Below are positions 42,436 through 53,607 of a stretch of DNA of 64,000 nt, one piece after another. The DNA lies in sequence record PP724615.1. One strand, 5' to 3'. A program made the translations under genes and the position numbers. A model generated the notes under the pieces. The model was not told the origin of the DNA and searched no databases. It was given only the letters and a program-made list of their open reading frames with translations. Each line of letters starts with the position of its first letter. The first letter of the stretch is position 1. This DNA comes from Escherichia phage HK6.

Positions 42436-44538
42436 TTACCTTATATGGATATACCCGTTTTGCAGGTCTATCTTCATTTTGTAAGATCCCTCTGGATTAG
42501 AGGATAGTGCTGCTGCACGATCATATATAATATTTACACCAATTTGTGATAAGAAAGCGTTATTAGCAACAATTTTACTAGCAGTTACTGTACCATTAAC
42601 TATCATATCACCATGTAAAACCATTGCAGGGCTAGCCCATGCTGAACCATTCCACTGCCTAGTAAACGCTGTTCCTGGTGCTCCGCTCTTATACTCTGTT
42701 AGTACATCATATTTAACAGGACCAGTACCAAAGTTAGATGTAAAAAACGAATTAGCTTGAGAATCATTCCATGCTGTTAAATTCGCAATAGCAAGAGAAT
42801 ACATTCCAGGACCACGTTGTCCATTATTACCTGGTCGTCCATCAGCTCCTGGTTTACCATCTGCTCCTGGTCTACCATCAACACCTTCAGTACCACTCCA
42901 TTGAACTACATCTGACCAACTGGTTCCGGATACTAACTGATTAGTAACAGGGTCTAGAGTACCAGTAGAGCAGTAAATATTTTGAGTATTAGATGTTCTA
43001 TTTGGTGGGGTTTTAGACCAACCAGAAGGTGGGTATGCAGGGCTTGTTGGTTTAGCAGGTAATGAAGTACCTAGAATATAAATAAATACTGTTTGTTTAC
43101 CCTGTATACCCGTCGCTATATCAATGTCGCCATTAGGTGTACCGATCACAACTCCACTAGAAATTCTTAAGGTATCACCATCATAACGAATATATTGTGT
43201 AGCATTACCGATATCTAGTTTTGGCTTCGCAGTAGCATTATCCATACCCATCCAAATACCAGATTTTGTATCCCCCCAAGTTTTACCTTGAGTATAGATT
43301 GCAGGGTTGTCTTGACCAGTCAAATTAGTCATGACAAAGTTCGCAGCATTAATGGTTTTGGTTATTACACTTCCATCAACGTTAACTATCTTTTTAATAG
43401 GGTCAAAAGATATTGGTGCTTTTCCTTCGGCATCTAGAAGTCCAATGTTAATTGCACCGGTGGCAGCGTCTATTAGAAAGGTTTGTTTCCAGGTAGATCC
43501 ATCTTTAATCTTACCCTTGATGTATGCATAGTTTACTTCGATACCGGTCTCATTAACAAAACTATTATCTAACGGTGTACTCTCATTTAGTATAAATGTC
43601 TGTACTGCGGAATCAGTAACATCTTGAGCATCTGGTCCCCAGGCAATAGATGACACTTTAAATTTATGCTCTACTTTCCATGGGAATGATATAATTGTTG
43701 CCGACTGAGCAGCCCCCACGTTGATTTTTTGTGCTTTAGTCCATCCAGTTCTTGCAAATTCTGCTGAATCTATATAAGAGACAACGAATTCACGAACGTT
43801 GGCACCTGCACCCCTATTCCAATCCCATTGCACACGTAAATCATAGCGTTCTTTACCGTCTGCTATACGCGCAGCTTTAAACGCAATATTAACAGGAGCT
43901 GTAGGGGGTACAAAGTTATATCTAACTTCAAAGACAGTAGGATACTCATAGTATCCAGATGAATCAATAGTTACTCCATCTGGTAGGGATATTTGTCCAG
44001 AAATTCTTACCTTATAGAACCCTATTGGCACACCACCAAACATAATAGTTGGCATCAACGCACCAACATAATATTTAACCCACGGATTATTAGCATTAGA
44101 ATTGTTTTTTAATTCTATAGTACAATAATCAGCTTCTCCTGTAGTATCTATATAAACTATTGGCGCTCCAACACCTACGTCTACAGGCTCTGATTCACAT
44201 CTAGTACCTGTAATTCTAGGTGCCGACTTCATTTTAAAAGTTTGTTTGTCAGATAGATTAATACCTATCTGAGCATTAAGTAGTTCAGAGTCTATTATAG
44301 AATCATAAAATGCACCCTGAACTTCATAAGTTGTTGTAGGTTTTAGGTTATTAATAGTTACAGAGAAGGTATCAACTCCAGTAAAATCTCTACGAGTAAC
44401 ATTGCTACCTTCTTTAAGCCAAAAAGATCTGCCTATAACGTCGTAATCAGAGTAGATAGAATGCTGGATATACGCCAACGTATATCCAGTTAAGACGCTA
44501 TTTAGGACCATTTTAGCTGGTGCATTATTTGAAATCAT
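42436..44538 (-). CDS. baseplate/central fiber protein pb4-like
   Basis: 700 aa, with a collagen-like run '[25 protein letters not shown]'. Position matches T5 pb4. Confidence 0.55.
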   Translation of the reverse strand: MISNNAPAKMVLNSVLTGYTLAYIQHSIYSDYDVIGRSFWLKEGSNVTRRDFTGVDTFSVTINNLKPTTTYEVQGAFYDSIIDSELLNAQIGINLSDKQTFKMKSAPRITGTRCESEPVDVGVGAPIVYIDTTGEADYCTIELKNNSNANNPWVKYYVGALMPTIMFGGVPIGFYKVRISGQISLPDGVTIDSSGYYEYPTVFEVRYNFVPPTAPVNIAFKAARIADGKERYDLRVQWDWNRGAGANVREFVVSYIDSAEFARTGWTKAQKINVGAAQSATIISFPWKVEHKFKVSSIAWGPDAQDVTDSAVQTFILNESTPLDNSFVNETGIEVNYAYIKGKIKDGSTWKQTFLIDAATGAINIGLLDAEGKAPISFDPIKKIVNVDGSVITKTINAANFVMTNLTGQDNPAIYTQGKTWGDTKSGIWMGMDNATAKPKLDIGNATQYIRYDGDTLRISSGVVIGTPNGDIDIATGIQGKQTVFIYILGTSLPAKPTSPAYPPSGWSKTPPNRTSNTQNIYCSTGTLDPVTNQLVSGTSWSDVVQWSGTEGVDGRPGADGKPGADGRPGNNGQRGPGMYSLAIANLTAWNDSQANSFFTSNFGTGPVKYDVLTEYKSGAPGTAFTRQWNGSAWASPAMVLHGDMIVNGTVTASKIVANNAFLSQIGVNIIYDRAAALSSNPEGSYKMKIDLQNGYIHIR

Positions 44539-47388
44539 TTAAATAGTAGCCCAACTAACAGATTGCTCACCATTTTCCCCTTCTGCTCTAATCCTAAATC
44601 GTAGTTTACGATTAATTCCTAAAGCACCAGAGTTTAATAGTGCAAAATCCGCCTTATTATATGTTAATAGATAGTCATAAGTATAGGCATCCTCTATCCT
44701 AATACTACGAAGCATTCTATCCTGAGAATCATGTATTTCTAGAGTATAATAAATTTCTGGAATTATTTCTTCCTCAGGTATCTTATCCCAAGCAAGCTTC
44801 ACGTCTGGCCCAACAAATTCAGTTACATCTCCAGAAGCTGTATTAGTTACTCTGAAGTTACTAACTACACTCAAGTTTCTAGCAGAGTTAAGATCCACGG
44901 AAAGAGTAACAGGAGAACTACGTCTACCGTTAATATCAACAGCACGTAATTCAAAAATAGCTAAACCAGCAGGCTCACCTATAATCTCCTGAATCATCCT
45001 TTCATTAGGATTATTCTCTAATTGCTGAATTATGTAAGGATCTACATGACCTGAATGAGCTATAGAATAATATACTACGTTATTAGTAAGACTAGGTAGC
45101 CAAGATAGTTCCCCATTTTTACCTATAGCACCTATCATGCCACCAGGAGTTGGGGTATATTTAAAGTCTCTAGGAGGAAGAACATTATTACTAATATCTG
45201 GAATATCATTGCCGCTATTATCCACTTGATCAGAATTGATGAATACATCTTCACCATACTCTTGTAGTGTTAAATTAATCTTACCATCACGAGTATTTTC
45301 TACTTCATCTACTAAGAAGAACTTGTCTTTCCACCCATAACGCTCGTAAGTAAAAGCAATCGGGTCATTTGGCTCTATACCAATAAACTTATATGGTACT
45401 GAGAAGCTAAGTGTACGTGAGTACCTGGACTTTTTAAGCTCTCTATCAGCGTAACTACGAGCGGTGTAGTAGTTAGTAATATTTGCAAAAGATAGCTGAA
45501 GTTTTTTATCCAAACCCTTATCTTGTTCTTTAAACTTAGAGTTATAGAATGTAATAGAGTTTGTTTTCCAGCTTAGTGCAGGATCTACTAAAGATGCTTG
45601 TACTGAGTTAAACTTATTCCTACCAGTAGTATCAGATAAGTCTAAGTCCCCATAAGTATCTAGAAAACCTATTTTCAAAGGAGTTGTAGAGTGCTTCTCT
45701 ACAGTTATTCTATACTCACCAGATAAGTTATTTATAGCACCACCAAAAGAGTCTAGTACTCCCTGAACGTTTTTAAATACTGATTCGGAGGTGTCTAATA
45801 TAGTGTTTAACTGGACTACTTGGCGGTGTTCAGAAATAGAATCACTCCAACCAATATATCTCCAATAGGGTTGCCAACTAATCTGATAAGACTCATCGAT
45901 TATATCCAGAATTTTTGCTTCTGATATAATTTTTTGTAGTGGAAACTGATCTAGAGTTATATTAGCTCCATAACGTTCAGAGGTTAGATAGTCCATGAGC
46001 TGCCAGATACCGTTAAGGCTAGTTTTATCAGCTTTAACAGACCCATCAGAGCTATATACTTTAACTTTCTTACCTTGTACTTCGGCACTAATTTCTGGAA
46101 TTTCAGTTCTATTCTCGTTAATAGTAAATCTAACTACAGCATAGGCTGTATCTAAGAGCTTATAACGAGAATCCCAGTACTCTGGACCATTGCCATTTTG
46201 ATTCTGTAAATAGAAACCTCTTCTTTTAGCAATATCTACTAGTACTTGAGCTGCTGTCTGGTCGGGTTTGCCATGAAAAGTCCATATTCTTATATCGCCA
46301 TTACCATCATTATACTTGTACTCCTGGCCATGTACAGAGGGTTGAGAAGTACTTGTACCCGCAGCCAATCTATGCATTGTATCGCCCACTAGTTTCTTAC
46401 GACCAAAGCAGGTTCTAGCACTGGAATCCGTTTCATCAAAACAGATCATTGGGCTGTCACCAATATAGAAATCTAGAAATCCGTCAATTTCTCCTTCCGA
46501 AAACGCATAGACTACATACACTATATTAGGGTTATTTAGCTCAGTATCTGCAAAAATAGGGATACCAGGAATTTTCTGAACCCCATATACAACAGGTATG
46601 AATTTAGCAGCTAAGTTAAAGTCTAAATCAACTTCTTTAGTTACAGTCTCATAATACTTTTTAAGACTGTAACTTCTTGATAGCCCAAAAAGTTTCTTCT
46701 TGGACTGAAGTTTATAGCGTTCTTCTTTTACCTGATATTTAGCTAATATAGTGGTACTTTTATTAGAGTGGAAGAATCCATAGTCTTCTTGGTACTCAGG
46801 GCGTTTAGCACCATTTGATGGCTGAAGAGTCCCATTAACAACTTCAAGACCTCGGTGAGAAGCATCATCAGTATAACGACCATTCACTCTATCAAAGTCG
46901 TAGAACTGGTTGGAACAGTTCCACGTTATAACAGAAGTTCCTATACCAGAAGTGTTAACATTATCCTTTATTCCTCCGCCAGTAATTTTACCCCGAAAGA
47001 ATAGTAAAGGTCCATTAGTATCAGGATCCACAGGAAGAATATTACCTTCTTCATCAATTATAGCTTGATGTATAGTGATAGTTCTATCTAAGAAAGATAC
47101 TCCATTTTGAACTAGTTTTAATACTTCATCTTCTGCTGTACCAGTTATGGTAAAAGATAGGCTCCCAATAGATAGTTCACGGTTTTGTTTATGGGAGCCG
47201 ATACTTTTTACTTTACCAGATCTATATAAGATTCCGTTATAAGTAACATCTCTAAAGTAGTCAGTTAAATAAATATAAGTAGCAGCAGAGCCTGATGAAC
47301 TAGGAAGCTCTAAAGCTATAAGACAAGCTGTTTTTAGCTTGTCATGAGTATTAAGATATGTTTTAGCACTATCGAGTATCTGCTTCAT
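44539..47388 (-). CDS. baseplate hub protein pb3-like
   Basis: 949 aa, the same length as T5 pb3. Sits between Dit and pb4. Confidence 0.6.
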   Translation of the reverse strand: MKQILDSAKTYLNTHDKLKTACLIALELPSSSGSAATYIYLTDYFRDVTYNGILYRSGKVKSIGSHKQNRELSIGSLSFTITGTAEDEVLKLVQNGVSFLDRTITIHQAIIDEEGNILPVDPDTNGPLLFFRGKITGGGIKDNVNTSGIGTSVITWNCSNQFYDFDRVNGRYTDDASHRGLEVVNGTLQPSNGAKRPEYQEDYGFFHSNKSTTILAKYQVKEERYKLQSKKKLFGLSRSYSLKKYYETVTKEVDLDFNLAAKFIPVVYGVQKIPGIPIFADTELNNPNIVYVVYAFSEGEIDGFLDFYIGDSPMICFDETDSSARTCFGRKKLVGDTMHRLAAGTSTSQPSVHGQEYKYNDGNGDIRIWTFHGKPDQTAAQVLVDIAKRRGFYLQNQNGNGPEYWDSRYKLLDTAYAVVRFTINENRTEIPEISAEVQGKKVKVYSSDGSVKADKTSLNGIWQLMDYLTSERYGANITLDQFPLQKIISEAKILDIIDESYQISWQPYWRYIGWSDSISEHRQVVQLNTILDTSESVFKNVQGVLDSFGGAINNLSGEYRITVEKHSTTPLKIGFLDTYGDLDLSDTTGRNKFNSVQASLVDPALSWKTNSITFYNSKFKEQDKGLDKKLQLSFANITNYYTARSYADRELKKSRYSRTLSFSVPYKFIGIEPNDPIAFTYERYGWKDKFFLVDEVENTRDGKINLTLQEYGEDVFINSDQVDNSGNDIPDISNNVLPPRDFKYTPTPGGMIGAIGKNGELSWLPSLTNNVVYYSIAHSGHVDPYIIQQLENNPNERMIQEIIGEPAGLAIFELRAVDINGRRSSPVTLSVDLNSARNLSVVSNFRVTNTASGDVTEFVGPDVKLAWDKIPEEEIIPEIYYTLEIHDSQDRMLRSIRIEDAYTYDYLLTYNKADFALLNSGALGINRKLRFRIRAEGENGEQSVSWATI

Positions 47389-47999
47389 AGACTTTCCCTC
47401 AAGGAAAGTGAAATACCAGAGTAAGTACCATTGTTATTTAATGTAGAACCAAAAGAATCAGCATTCATTAGCTTAGTTCTAAATAGGATACCATTAAAAA
47501 CTGGTTTTTCACTACCCGTAGTAGTAATAAATAGGTCAGGGTATAAGGATAAGTTCCATACATTTCCTGAGCTAGTAAAATTTGTTATTTTATAGACTTT
47601 TGGGTGGTTGGATAATTTAAATAGATCTCCAGCTTTTGGTAGTCCTGTCAAGGTTCCATTAGTATTTAGTATAATCTGAGAACCTTTCTGTCCTGCTGGT
47701 ATAGTAACACTTTTAGTATCACCACGTACTCTAAATGCTTCATACTGAGGTAGAAGTACTTCTAGGTAATCTCCAGTTCTTTTATATTCTAAAATTTTAG
47801 AATCTAGGAACGCATATTCATCTGGGAAAAGTTCCGGGTATGAGATATTAATTCCCCAGTATTGAGCAGATATTTTAACCTCTTTGACTTTACCATTAGG
47901 TAATTCATCACGAATCATAGGGTCATTATCTACTACGTTGACGCTTTCAAAACCTAACCCTGGGTACTCTGGGTTCGTGTATGGATCTGGTAGTCTCAT
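47385..47999 (-). CDS. distal tail protein pb9-like (Dit)
   Basis: 204 aa, the same length as T5 pb9. Lies immediately downstream of the tape measure gene. Confidence 0.55.
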   Translation of the reverse strand: MRLPDPYTNPEYPGLGFESVNVVDNDPMIRDELPNGKVKEVKISAQYWGINISYPELFPDEYAFLDSKILEYKRTGDYLEVLLPQYEAFRVRGDTKSVTIPAGQKGSQIILNTNGTLTGLPKAGDLFKLSNHPKVYKITNFTSSGNVWNLSLYPDLFITTTGSEKPVFNGILFRTKLMNADSFGSTLNNNGTYSGISLSLRESL

Positions 48000-48108
48000 A
48001 GTTAATTTCTCCTCTTTAATAACAATATTATAATAGTATTGGAAAATTTTATCAAGAAATTTTTATTTTTCCATAAAGAAAAGGAGGACATAAAGTCCTC
48101 CTCCAATA

Positions 48109-51100
48109 TTACATATTACCAAGAGATTTAAGGGTGGATCCATTCTCATTAAGAGCCAGTTCCACGGCATCTCTTAAAGCAGTGCTGTTATTCGATGCAA
48201 AATCTCTAAAGCTAGCAGCATCCATTGTGCTAATATTCAGAATGATTGGTCTTCCAGAGGTAGTCTTTGATCCATCGGAAAGCTGATCATTAGGTGTGGC
48301 TTTCATAGGAACCATAGGAGTTACTACTTCGGTACCATGCTCACCCATTTGATAGCTAACTCCAGGATACATCATACCACCTTCAGCACGCGGAACAAAT
48401 GAGTTAGCATTACCAACACCTTTATCACCACGTAAGTAGGATAATTCTCCTGAACTAGCCTGCATAGATACATCAACGTTCTTCTGTCGCTCACCTAAAG
48501 TTAGGTACTGAGTAGTATCTGCTCCAGAATCTGCAATAGAAGACATACCAGATGCAGAAGATGCTTGAGCAAGAGCTAAGGCACCTGCCAAACCTGCCGC
48601 CACCATCAAAGGAATAGAGAACGGGTATGGTACAGCTGTTGCCGCTTGCATTACTGCTACTGCAGTTTGGATGATAATCTGCTTCTTAGCTGCGTCTTGT
48701 TGAATCTTCAGCTTTTCAGCTTCCAACTTCTTCAACTTAGCTTTAGATGCTTCTGATTTACCATCACGTTTCTGCTCTGCTGCAATAGCTTGATCAATGG
48801 CACTAACCTGCTGGCTAGTACTATATTGAATCATAGAGGCTACAGTCTGCATACCGGAAGCAATCATAGACGTAGTATCTAGAGACCCCTGAGAGAACTG
48901 AATCATAGCATTAGTTAAATTACCCATGCTTTGAGCTACAGCAGTAGCTTCGGAATTTAACTCAGATAGTTTAGAAATTGCTTGGTCATAGGAAGACATC
49001 CTATTCTGCATATCAGCAAAATCTTTATCCTCTCCAGATAGCCCAGTTGTAGGAGTATACGTAGCTCCTACGGAAGAACCTACCTGTTGCTGCATCTGAC
49101 TTTCTCTCTGCTTCCTAAGTTGCTCTAAAGCAGCTGCAGTTTTATAAATCTCATTGCGATACTTAAGCTCTTCTTCAGTATTGCCCTTAGACAGCTCCAG
49201 CTGTTGCTGCAGAATGGATAACCTTTCAGTGAGAATCTGAGACTGGCCAGTAACATTTCTCTGCGTTTGGCTAACCTCTAAGGCATCCATGAGAGCTGAC
49301 ACATGAGTAGCGGTAGCCTGTTTCTCTGCTTCCCATAGTTCTCTACTTATTTGTGCTTGAGCACGTCTAGACTGTTCAGCCTCTTTCTGTTTGTCCGCTT
49401 GTTTTGTATACCATTCGTACTTCTCTCTCTCTATAGTTAGTTCTAGTTTTAGCTGAGCTAGTCTATATTGAGTAGTAGTCATAGTACGGTCATTCAGAAG
49501 AGCTATCTCACGATCTACACCAAGAATTTTATCTGTGTAATCCTTGACCTTCTTCTGGGCTTCCATACCCTGATTGGTAAGTTTAAGTTTCTCCAGCTGA
49601 ATTTTTTCAATTTCTTTTTCAACAGCTTTATTCCCCTGGTTTGTTTGAAGAACGCGGCGTAAAGCAGCTTCTTGCTCTTCTAACTGTTGTAATTCTAAAC
49701 GCCTACCGGCTTCCTGTGCCTTTTCTTTATCCTTAGTTTGATTGTATACATCAGCTATCTTCTGTTGAACTGCTAACTGATTTTTAGTTTCATTACCAGT
49801 TAGTTTAACATACTCAGATAGAGCCTGAGACGCAGTTTTCATTTCAGACAGAGTGTTATACCCCAGGTTAAGGTTTTTAACATACTCATCTGCACTTTTA
49901 CCAGTACCTAGAGATAGAGATTCTATGTTTTTTATAGCATCTGCTAAAGTAGCACTAGTCTTAGCAGCAGTATCTGTATTCTGAGCAACGTTCTGTATAT
50001 CATTAGCTAAGTCACTAGCAGTTTTCTTAGTCTGATTATATGCTTTTTGTTGTTCAGTTAGTCCTTTTAATACAGTAGAGTTAAAATCGTATACAGCATC
50101 AGGATCAGTAGTATCTCTCTGTAGATTAATCTGTTTCTGAAACTCTGGATTAGCCTTTGCAGCAGCAGCCCCAGCAGCTTGATACGCTGATTTCCAAGCA
50201 GTAAGATTCTCTGTAGAATCAGTAACTTCTTTATCCAAGCGTGCTACTTGTAGTCCCATAGCGGCGGTTTCTGCTACAAATTGTTTATTAGCTTCCGAAG
50301 CACCTGCTGCTGCAAGACCAACAGGAATACCTTCACCAACTTGACGTATAGCTAATTTTGTATAGAAATCTGCTTGTTCCATTCGTTTATCGAACTCAGA
50401 TTTTAGCTTATTACGCTTATCAAGAGATTCCTTATACATATCTAGAGCTTTATTATAGCCCTCTTCAGAAGCGGCCAAACTTAAAGCAACAGCACCAACG
50501 TTAGTAGGATCTATCTGTCTATTAGTTTTTTCTTGAGCTCTAGCTGCTTCAGCAGATACAGAAGCCTGAGAAGTATAAAATACTGTGTTGATAGCATCAA
50601 TTACTGGCCCTAGGTATTTAGCAGCAGCTTGTTGTATTGTTCTTAGTGCAGCATCTGCGTTAGCAGCAAATTGCTCCCACGGAGTAGCACGTAAAACTTC
50701 ATCTAAGTAACCAAAACGTTTAGTAGATTCTGCTATAACAGCATTGGCATACGCTTGCTGTTTCTGGAAGGTAGTAAGGCTATTAATATTATATGTTATA
50801 CCTGTGTTTGCAGCATTTAACTGTTTAACGTAATCAGCATAAGCATCGTTAAGACGAATAGTAACACCAAGTTCATCCAGAAGTTCGATTTCTTGTTTAG
50901 ATACACCCTTAATTACACGGTTAAGTGCATCAGTCATATCAACGCCAAGAACAGCAGCAGCACGACGAGCTACTAAACCAAATTTATTAAGTTGTTCGGC
51001 ATCAAATCCATAAGCAGATGCTGAAGATGCCTGTCTCATTGCTTCTTCAAAAGAGATTGCATAGCCAGCTGCCTCTTGTAGTGATCTAGCAAGGGACTGA

Positions 51101-51789
51101 ACAGGAGTACCTGTCTGAGTACCTACTATAACACCAAATTTTTCTAGACGATTTAACTGATCACCTAGTTTAAGTTGTTCGAATGCAGATTGCAAAACGA
51201 AGATGTTGGAAGCAATAGCAGCGTATAACAGTGGTAAACCACCACCTACCTTAGCCATTGCCGCAAAATCACGAGTTGCACCACGTGCTGAACCAGAAGT
51301 ATTACCAATGGCTCTAGAAGCTCTACCAGCGGCACCAGCAGTATCATTAAAACCTCTAGCTGTACCGCCTAAAACTCTATTGGTATCATACAATCTATCT
51401 TGAACTTTTTCTGTTGCAGCTGCAACATCATTACCCATTGCTTTAACAGATCTAGAAACTCCATCGAATCCAATCTCTAGTTTATCTGTTACTTCAATAA
51501 GTTGGATAGCCAGGTAATCTAGCTTATCACCAATACCATCAATGGATTTAGTGATACCAGCCATACCCCTACTAGCTTGCATTTTAGTAAGACTTTTTGC
51601 TGCCCTATCCGCTGCCCTCTCAATGGAGTAAAGGGTTTTGGGCATTTTACCTAACTGCTCATTTGTCAGTTCGGAAGCAGCAGCAGCGTTTTCCAACGCA
51701 TCAGATACGTTTTCAATAGACTTTGCAGTACGAGTTGCCCCCTTCTGCTTAACGTCTATTAGTAATTCTCGTATTAGCTTATCAGTCAT
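48109..51789 (-). CDS. tail tape measure protein pb2-like
   Basis: 1226 aa. Ala/Gln-rich coiled coils with hydrophobic transmembrane-like segments near the C-terminus ('IIIQTAVAVMQAATAV...MVAAGLAGALALAQA'). Largest gene of the tail module. Confidence 0.85.
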   Translation of the reverse strand: MTDKLIRELLIDVKQKGATRTAKSIENVSDALENAAAASELTNEQLGKMPKTLYSIERAADRAAKSLTKMQASRGMAGITKSIDGIGDKLDYLAIQLIEVTDKLEIGFDGVSRSVKAMGNDVAAATEKVQDRLYDTNRVLGGTARGFNDTAGAAGRASRAIGNTSGSARGATRDFAAMAKVGGGLPLLYAAIASNIFVLQSAFEQLKLGDQLNRLEKFGVIVGTQTGTPVQSLARSLQEAAGYAISFEEAMRQASSASAYGFDAEQLNKFGLVARRAAAVLGVDMTDALNRVIKGVSKQEIELLDELGVTIRLNDAYADYVKQLNAANTGITYNINSLTTFQKQQAYANAVIAESTKRFGYLDEVLRATPWEQFAANADAALRTIQQAAAKYLGPVIDAINTVFYTSQASVSAEAARAQEKTNRQIDPTNVGAVALSLAASEEGYNKALDMYKESLDKRNKLKSEFDKRMEQADFYTKLAIRQVGEGIPVGLAAAGASEANKQFVAETAAMGLQVARLDKEVTDSTENLTAWKSAYQAAGAAAAKANPEFQKQINLQRDTTDPDAVYDFNSTVLKGLTEQQKAYNQTKKTASDLANDIQNVAQNTDTAAKTSATLADAIKNIESLSLGTGKSADEYVKNLNLGYNTLSEMKTASQALSEYVKLTGNETKNQLAVQQKIADVYNQTKDKEKAQEAGRRLELQQLEEQEAALRRVLQTNQGNKAVEKEIEKIQLEKLKLTNQGMEAQKKVKDYTDKILGVDREIALLNDRTMTTTQYRLAQLKLELTIEREKYEWYTKQADKQKEAEQSRRAQAQISRELWEAEKQATATHVSALMDALEVSQTQRNVTGQSQILTERLSILQQQLELSKGNTEEELKYRNEIYKTAAALEQLRKQRESQMQQQVGSSVGATYTPTTGLSGEDKDFADMQNRMSSYDQAISKLSELNSEATAVAQSMGNLTNAMIQFSQGSLDTTSMIASGMQTVASMIQYSTSQQVSAIDQAIAAEQKRDGKSEASKAKLKKLEAEKLKIQQDAAKKQIIIQTAVAVMQAATAVPYPFSIPLMVAAGLAGALALAQASSASGMSSIADSGADTTQYLTLGERQKNVDVSMQASSGELSYLRGDKGVGNANSFVPRAEGGMMYPGVSYQMGEHGTEVVTPMVPMKATPNDQLSDGSKTTSGRPIILNISTMDAASFRDFASNNSTALRDAVELALNENGSTLKSLGNM

Positions 51790-51872
51790 GTTTTATTTTT
51801 CCCAATAAAAAAGGCTCTGGGCAAATCACCCAGAGCCAAGCCTCATCGTGGAACGCCCATTGGAGGAAACTT

Positions 51873-52241
51873 TTACCGTGCTCGAGATTTAGCATGTGGC
51901 TTAACGTTAGGAATCCTTCCGTTTTGCGGTTTATGCTTCTCAGCACGTTTACGTGCAGCATCTACAGCTTTAGCATCAAATATATTGATAATGTGTAGAA
52001 CAAATTCTTTTTCTATAGGATCAGTAATCCCATAAATATCAAATAAAACACCTAATGCAGCCTTATCCTTACCTATAAAAATAGGAAAGTCACCCGGTAT
52101 GAAACAGTCAATTAGACTGTTATAAATATTCATACTAATAGCTACAATAGGTGGAAAATCCTCAAGTTCAACGGGCATAGCCTTAGGATCAGGCTCTATA
52201 CCCATTGACTCACAAAGTATTAAATATTGTTGTTTGGTCAT
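51873..52241 (-). CDS. tail assembly chaperone candidate (122 aa; reading frame open 29 codons upstream of the ATG)
   Basis: Position between the tail tube and TMP genes. Its frame overlaps the 3' end of the upstream 134-aa ORF. Confidence 0.45.
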   Translation of the reverse strand: MTKQQYLILCESMGIEPDPKAMPVELEDFPPIVAISMNIYNSLIDCFIPGDFPIFIGKDKAALGVLFDIYGITDPIEKEFVLHIINIFDAKAVDAARKRAEKHKPQNGRIPNVKPHAKSRAR

Positions 52242-52302
52242 TTTAGATGCTGAGCTTTTAATACATTTATCTGCAAAATCAGCAACAGCATCTAGAAGTT
52301 CT

Positions 52303-52707
52303 TTACGCTTTTGCGCTACGAAAAGTGTCTAAGTGGAACACTGTCTGGTTGATCCAAGAATCAAACGCAGCAGAGTTCTGCATAAGCATTACAGCATTAT
52401 CGCGACTAAAAGGAACTTCAGTCTCAGGATCAGCATCTGTTTCAATCAGCATCAGTTTTTCAACGTCACCTACAGTCAAACCAGTCCAACCTTTAATAGC
52501 AGCATCAACGAAGGCTTCAATGAACTTATCATCATCCTGTACCTGAATCAAAGTACCATTAACCCACTCATCACGCTTAGCAGAAGTGATAACTCGTTTA
52601 GAAGTAGCACGAGACATATAATTAAGCTCTAGCTTAAAATTCGGCATACCTGGGTATGAGAGAGTGACAGTACGAGTTTCTAGAGTAATATCTTTTAAGT
52701 TAATCAT
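52303..52707 (-). CDS. tail assembly chaperone candidate (134 aa)
   Basis: Position upstream of the TMP. ATGA-type overlap with the 298-aa gene. Confidence 0.45.
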   Translation of the reverse strand: MINLKDITLETRTVTLSYPGMPNFKLELNYMSRATSKRVITSAKRDEWVNGTLIQVQDDDKFIEAFVDAAIKGWTGLTVGDVEKLMLIETDADPETEVPFSRDNAVMLMQNSAAFDSWINQTVFHLDTFRSAKA

Positions 52708-53603
52708 TATTTTCTTTCTCCAAAGAAGTTTATTTCTACAGGATCTGAATCAGCAGTAGGTATTACATCATACTCTACCTGATACAAATCTGAGAAGTTT
52801 AGGCGTTTTGAAATACGTGCTAAAGGGAATGTTATAGAAACATATTTATTCTTAATAATTAGTGGAGTTCTTGTTTCAGGGTCTAGATTCAAGAACTTAT
52901 CTCCTACCAATCTCTTAACGTAATAGAAAGCTAGCGTTGCGGAAGCATTCATTTCATTGACATAAGCTCGTTTATTAGTATAAACTTTATTTATATCAAA
53001 TATACTTCTATCTTCTCTCCAAGAACATTGTTGCTGGAAGGACATAGATGCTGAAACTAATGCAGGCAATGGTGCGCTATTAGTATACACAGCTGGAGGA
53101 CTATATGGAAGTACTTCACCTTGTGTAATTGTATATCCATCGCGGAAAGTAGATACTTCAGAGAATTTTCCAGACTCAATACCAACATTTAGGATCGGTA
53201 TACTCTTATCTAGAGAAAAATCAACTGTTGATACATAACAGTTTTCGAAATAAATACAGCTATTATTAGGATTAATAATATACATATTGAACATAATAGG
53301 TTCAATATTGGGAGTATTTCTTGGCAAAAATAAAGAATTTCCCTCACGCGTGAATCCCATCCAATCAAAGAAATTAGACTCAATAAGCGTAGTACTGAAA
53401 TTTATTGCCAATGAAATAGATGAAGGATCTTGAGCATTAATAATAGAGTCTGCATAGTTTGTACGATTATGGATAGTACGTCTAAGAGTTTTAAACTCTT
53501 GAAAAGACGTACTAGCATCATAGTTAGAGAGGGCATCGAAATGATACCCTCTACCATCGTACTCAATAACTATTTTAGACTCTCGCATGAGAGAATAAAA
53601 CAT
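52707..53603 (-). CDS. tail protein, unknown function (298 aa)
   Basis: Lies between the major tail protein and the chaperone candidates. Confidence 0.45.
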   Translation of the reverse strand: MFYSLMRESKIVIEYDGRGYHFDALSNYDASTSFQEFKTLRRTIHNRTNYADSIINAQDPSSISLAINFSTTLIESNFFDWMGFTREGNSLFLPRNTPNIEPIMFNMYIINPNNSCIYFENCYVSTVDFSLDKSIPILNVGIESGKFSEVSTFRDGYTITQGEVLPYSPPAVYTNSAPLPALVSASMSFQQQCSWREDRSIFDINKVYTNKRAYVNEMNASATLAFYYVKRLVGDKFLNLDPETRTPLIIKNKYVSITFPLARISKRLNFSDLYQVEYDVIPTADSDPVEINFFGERK

Positions 53604-53607
53604 TTAA

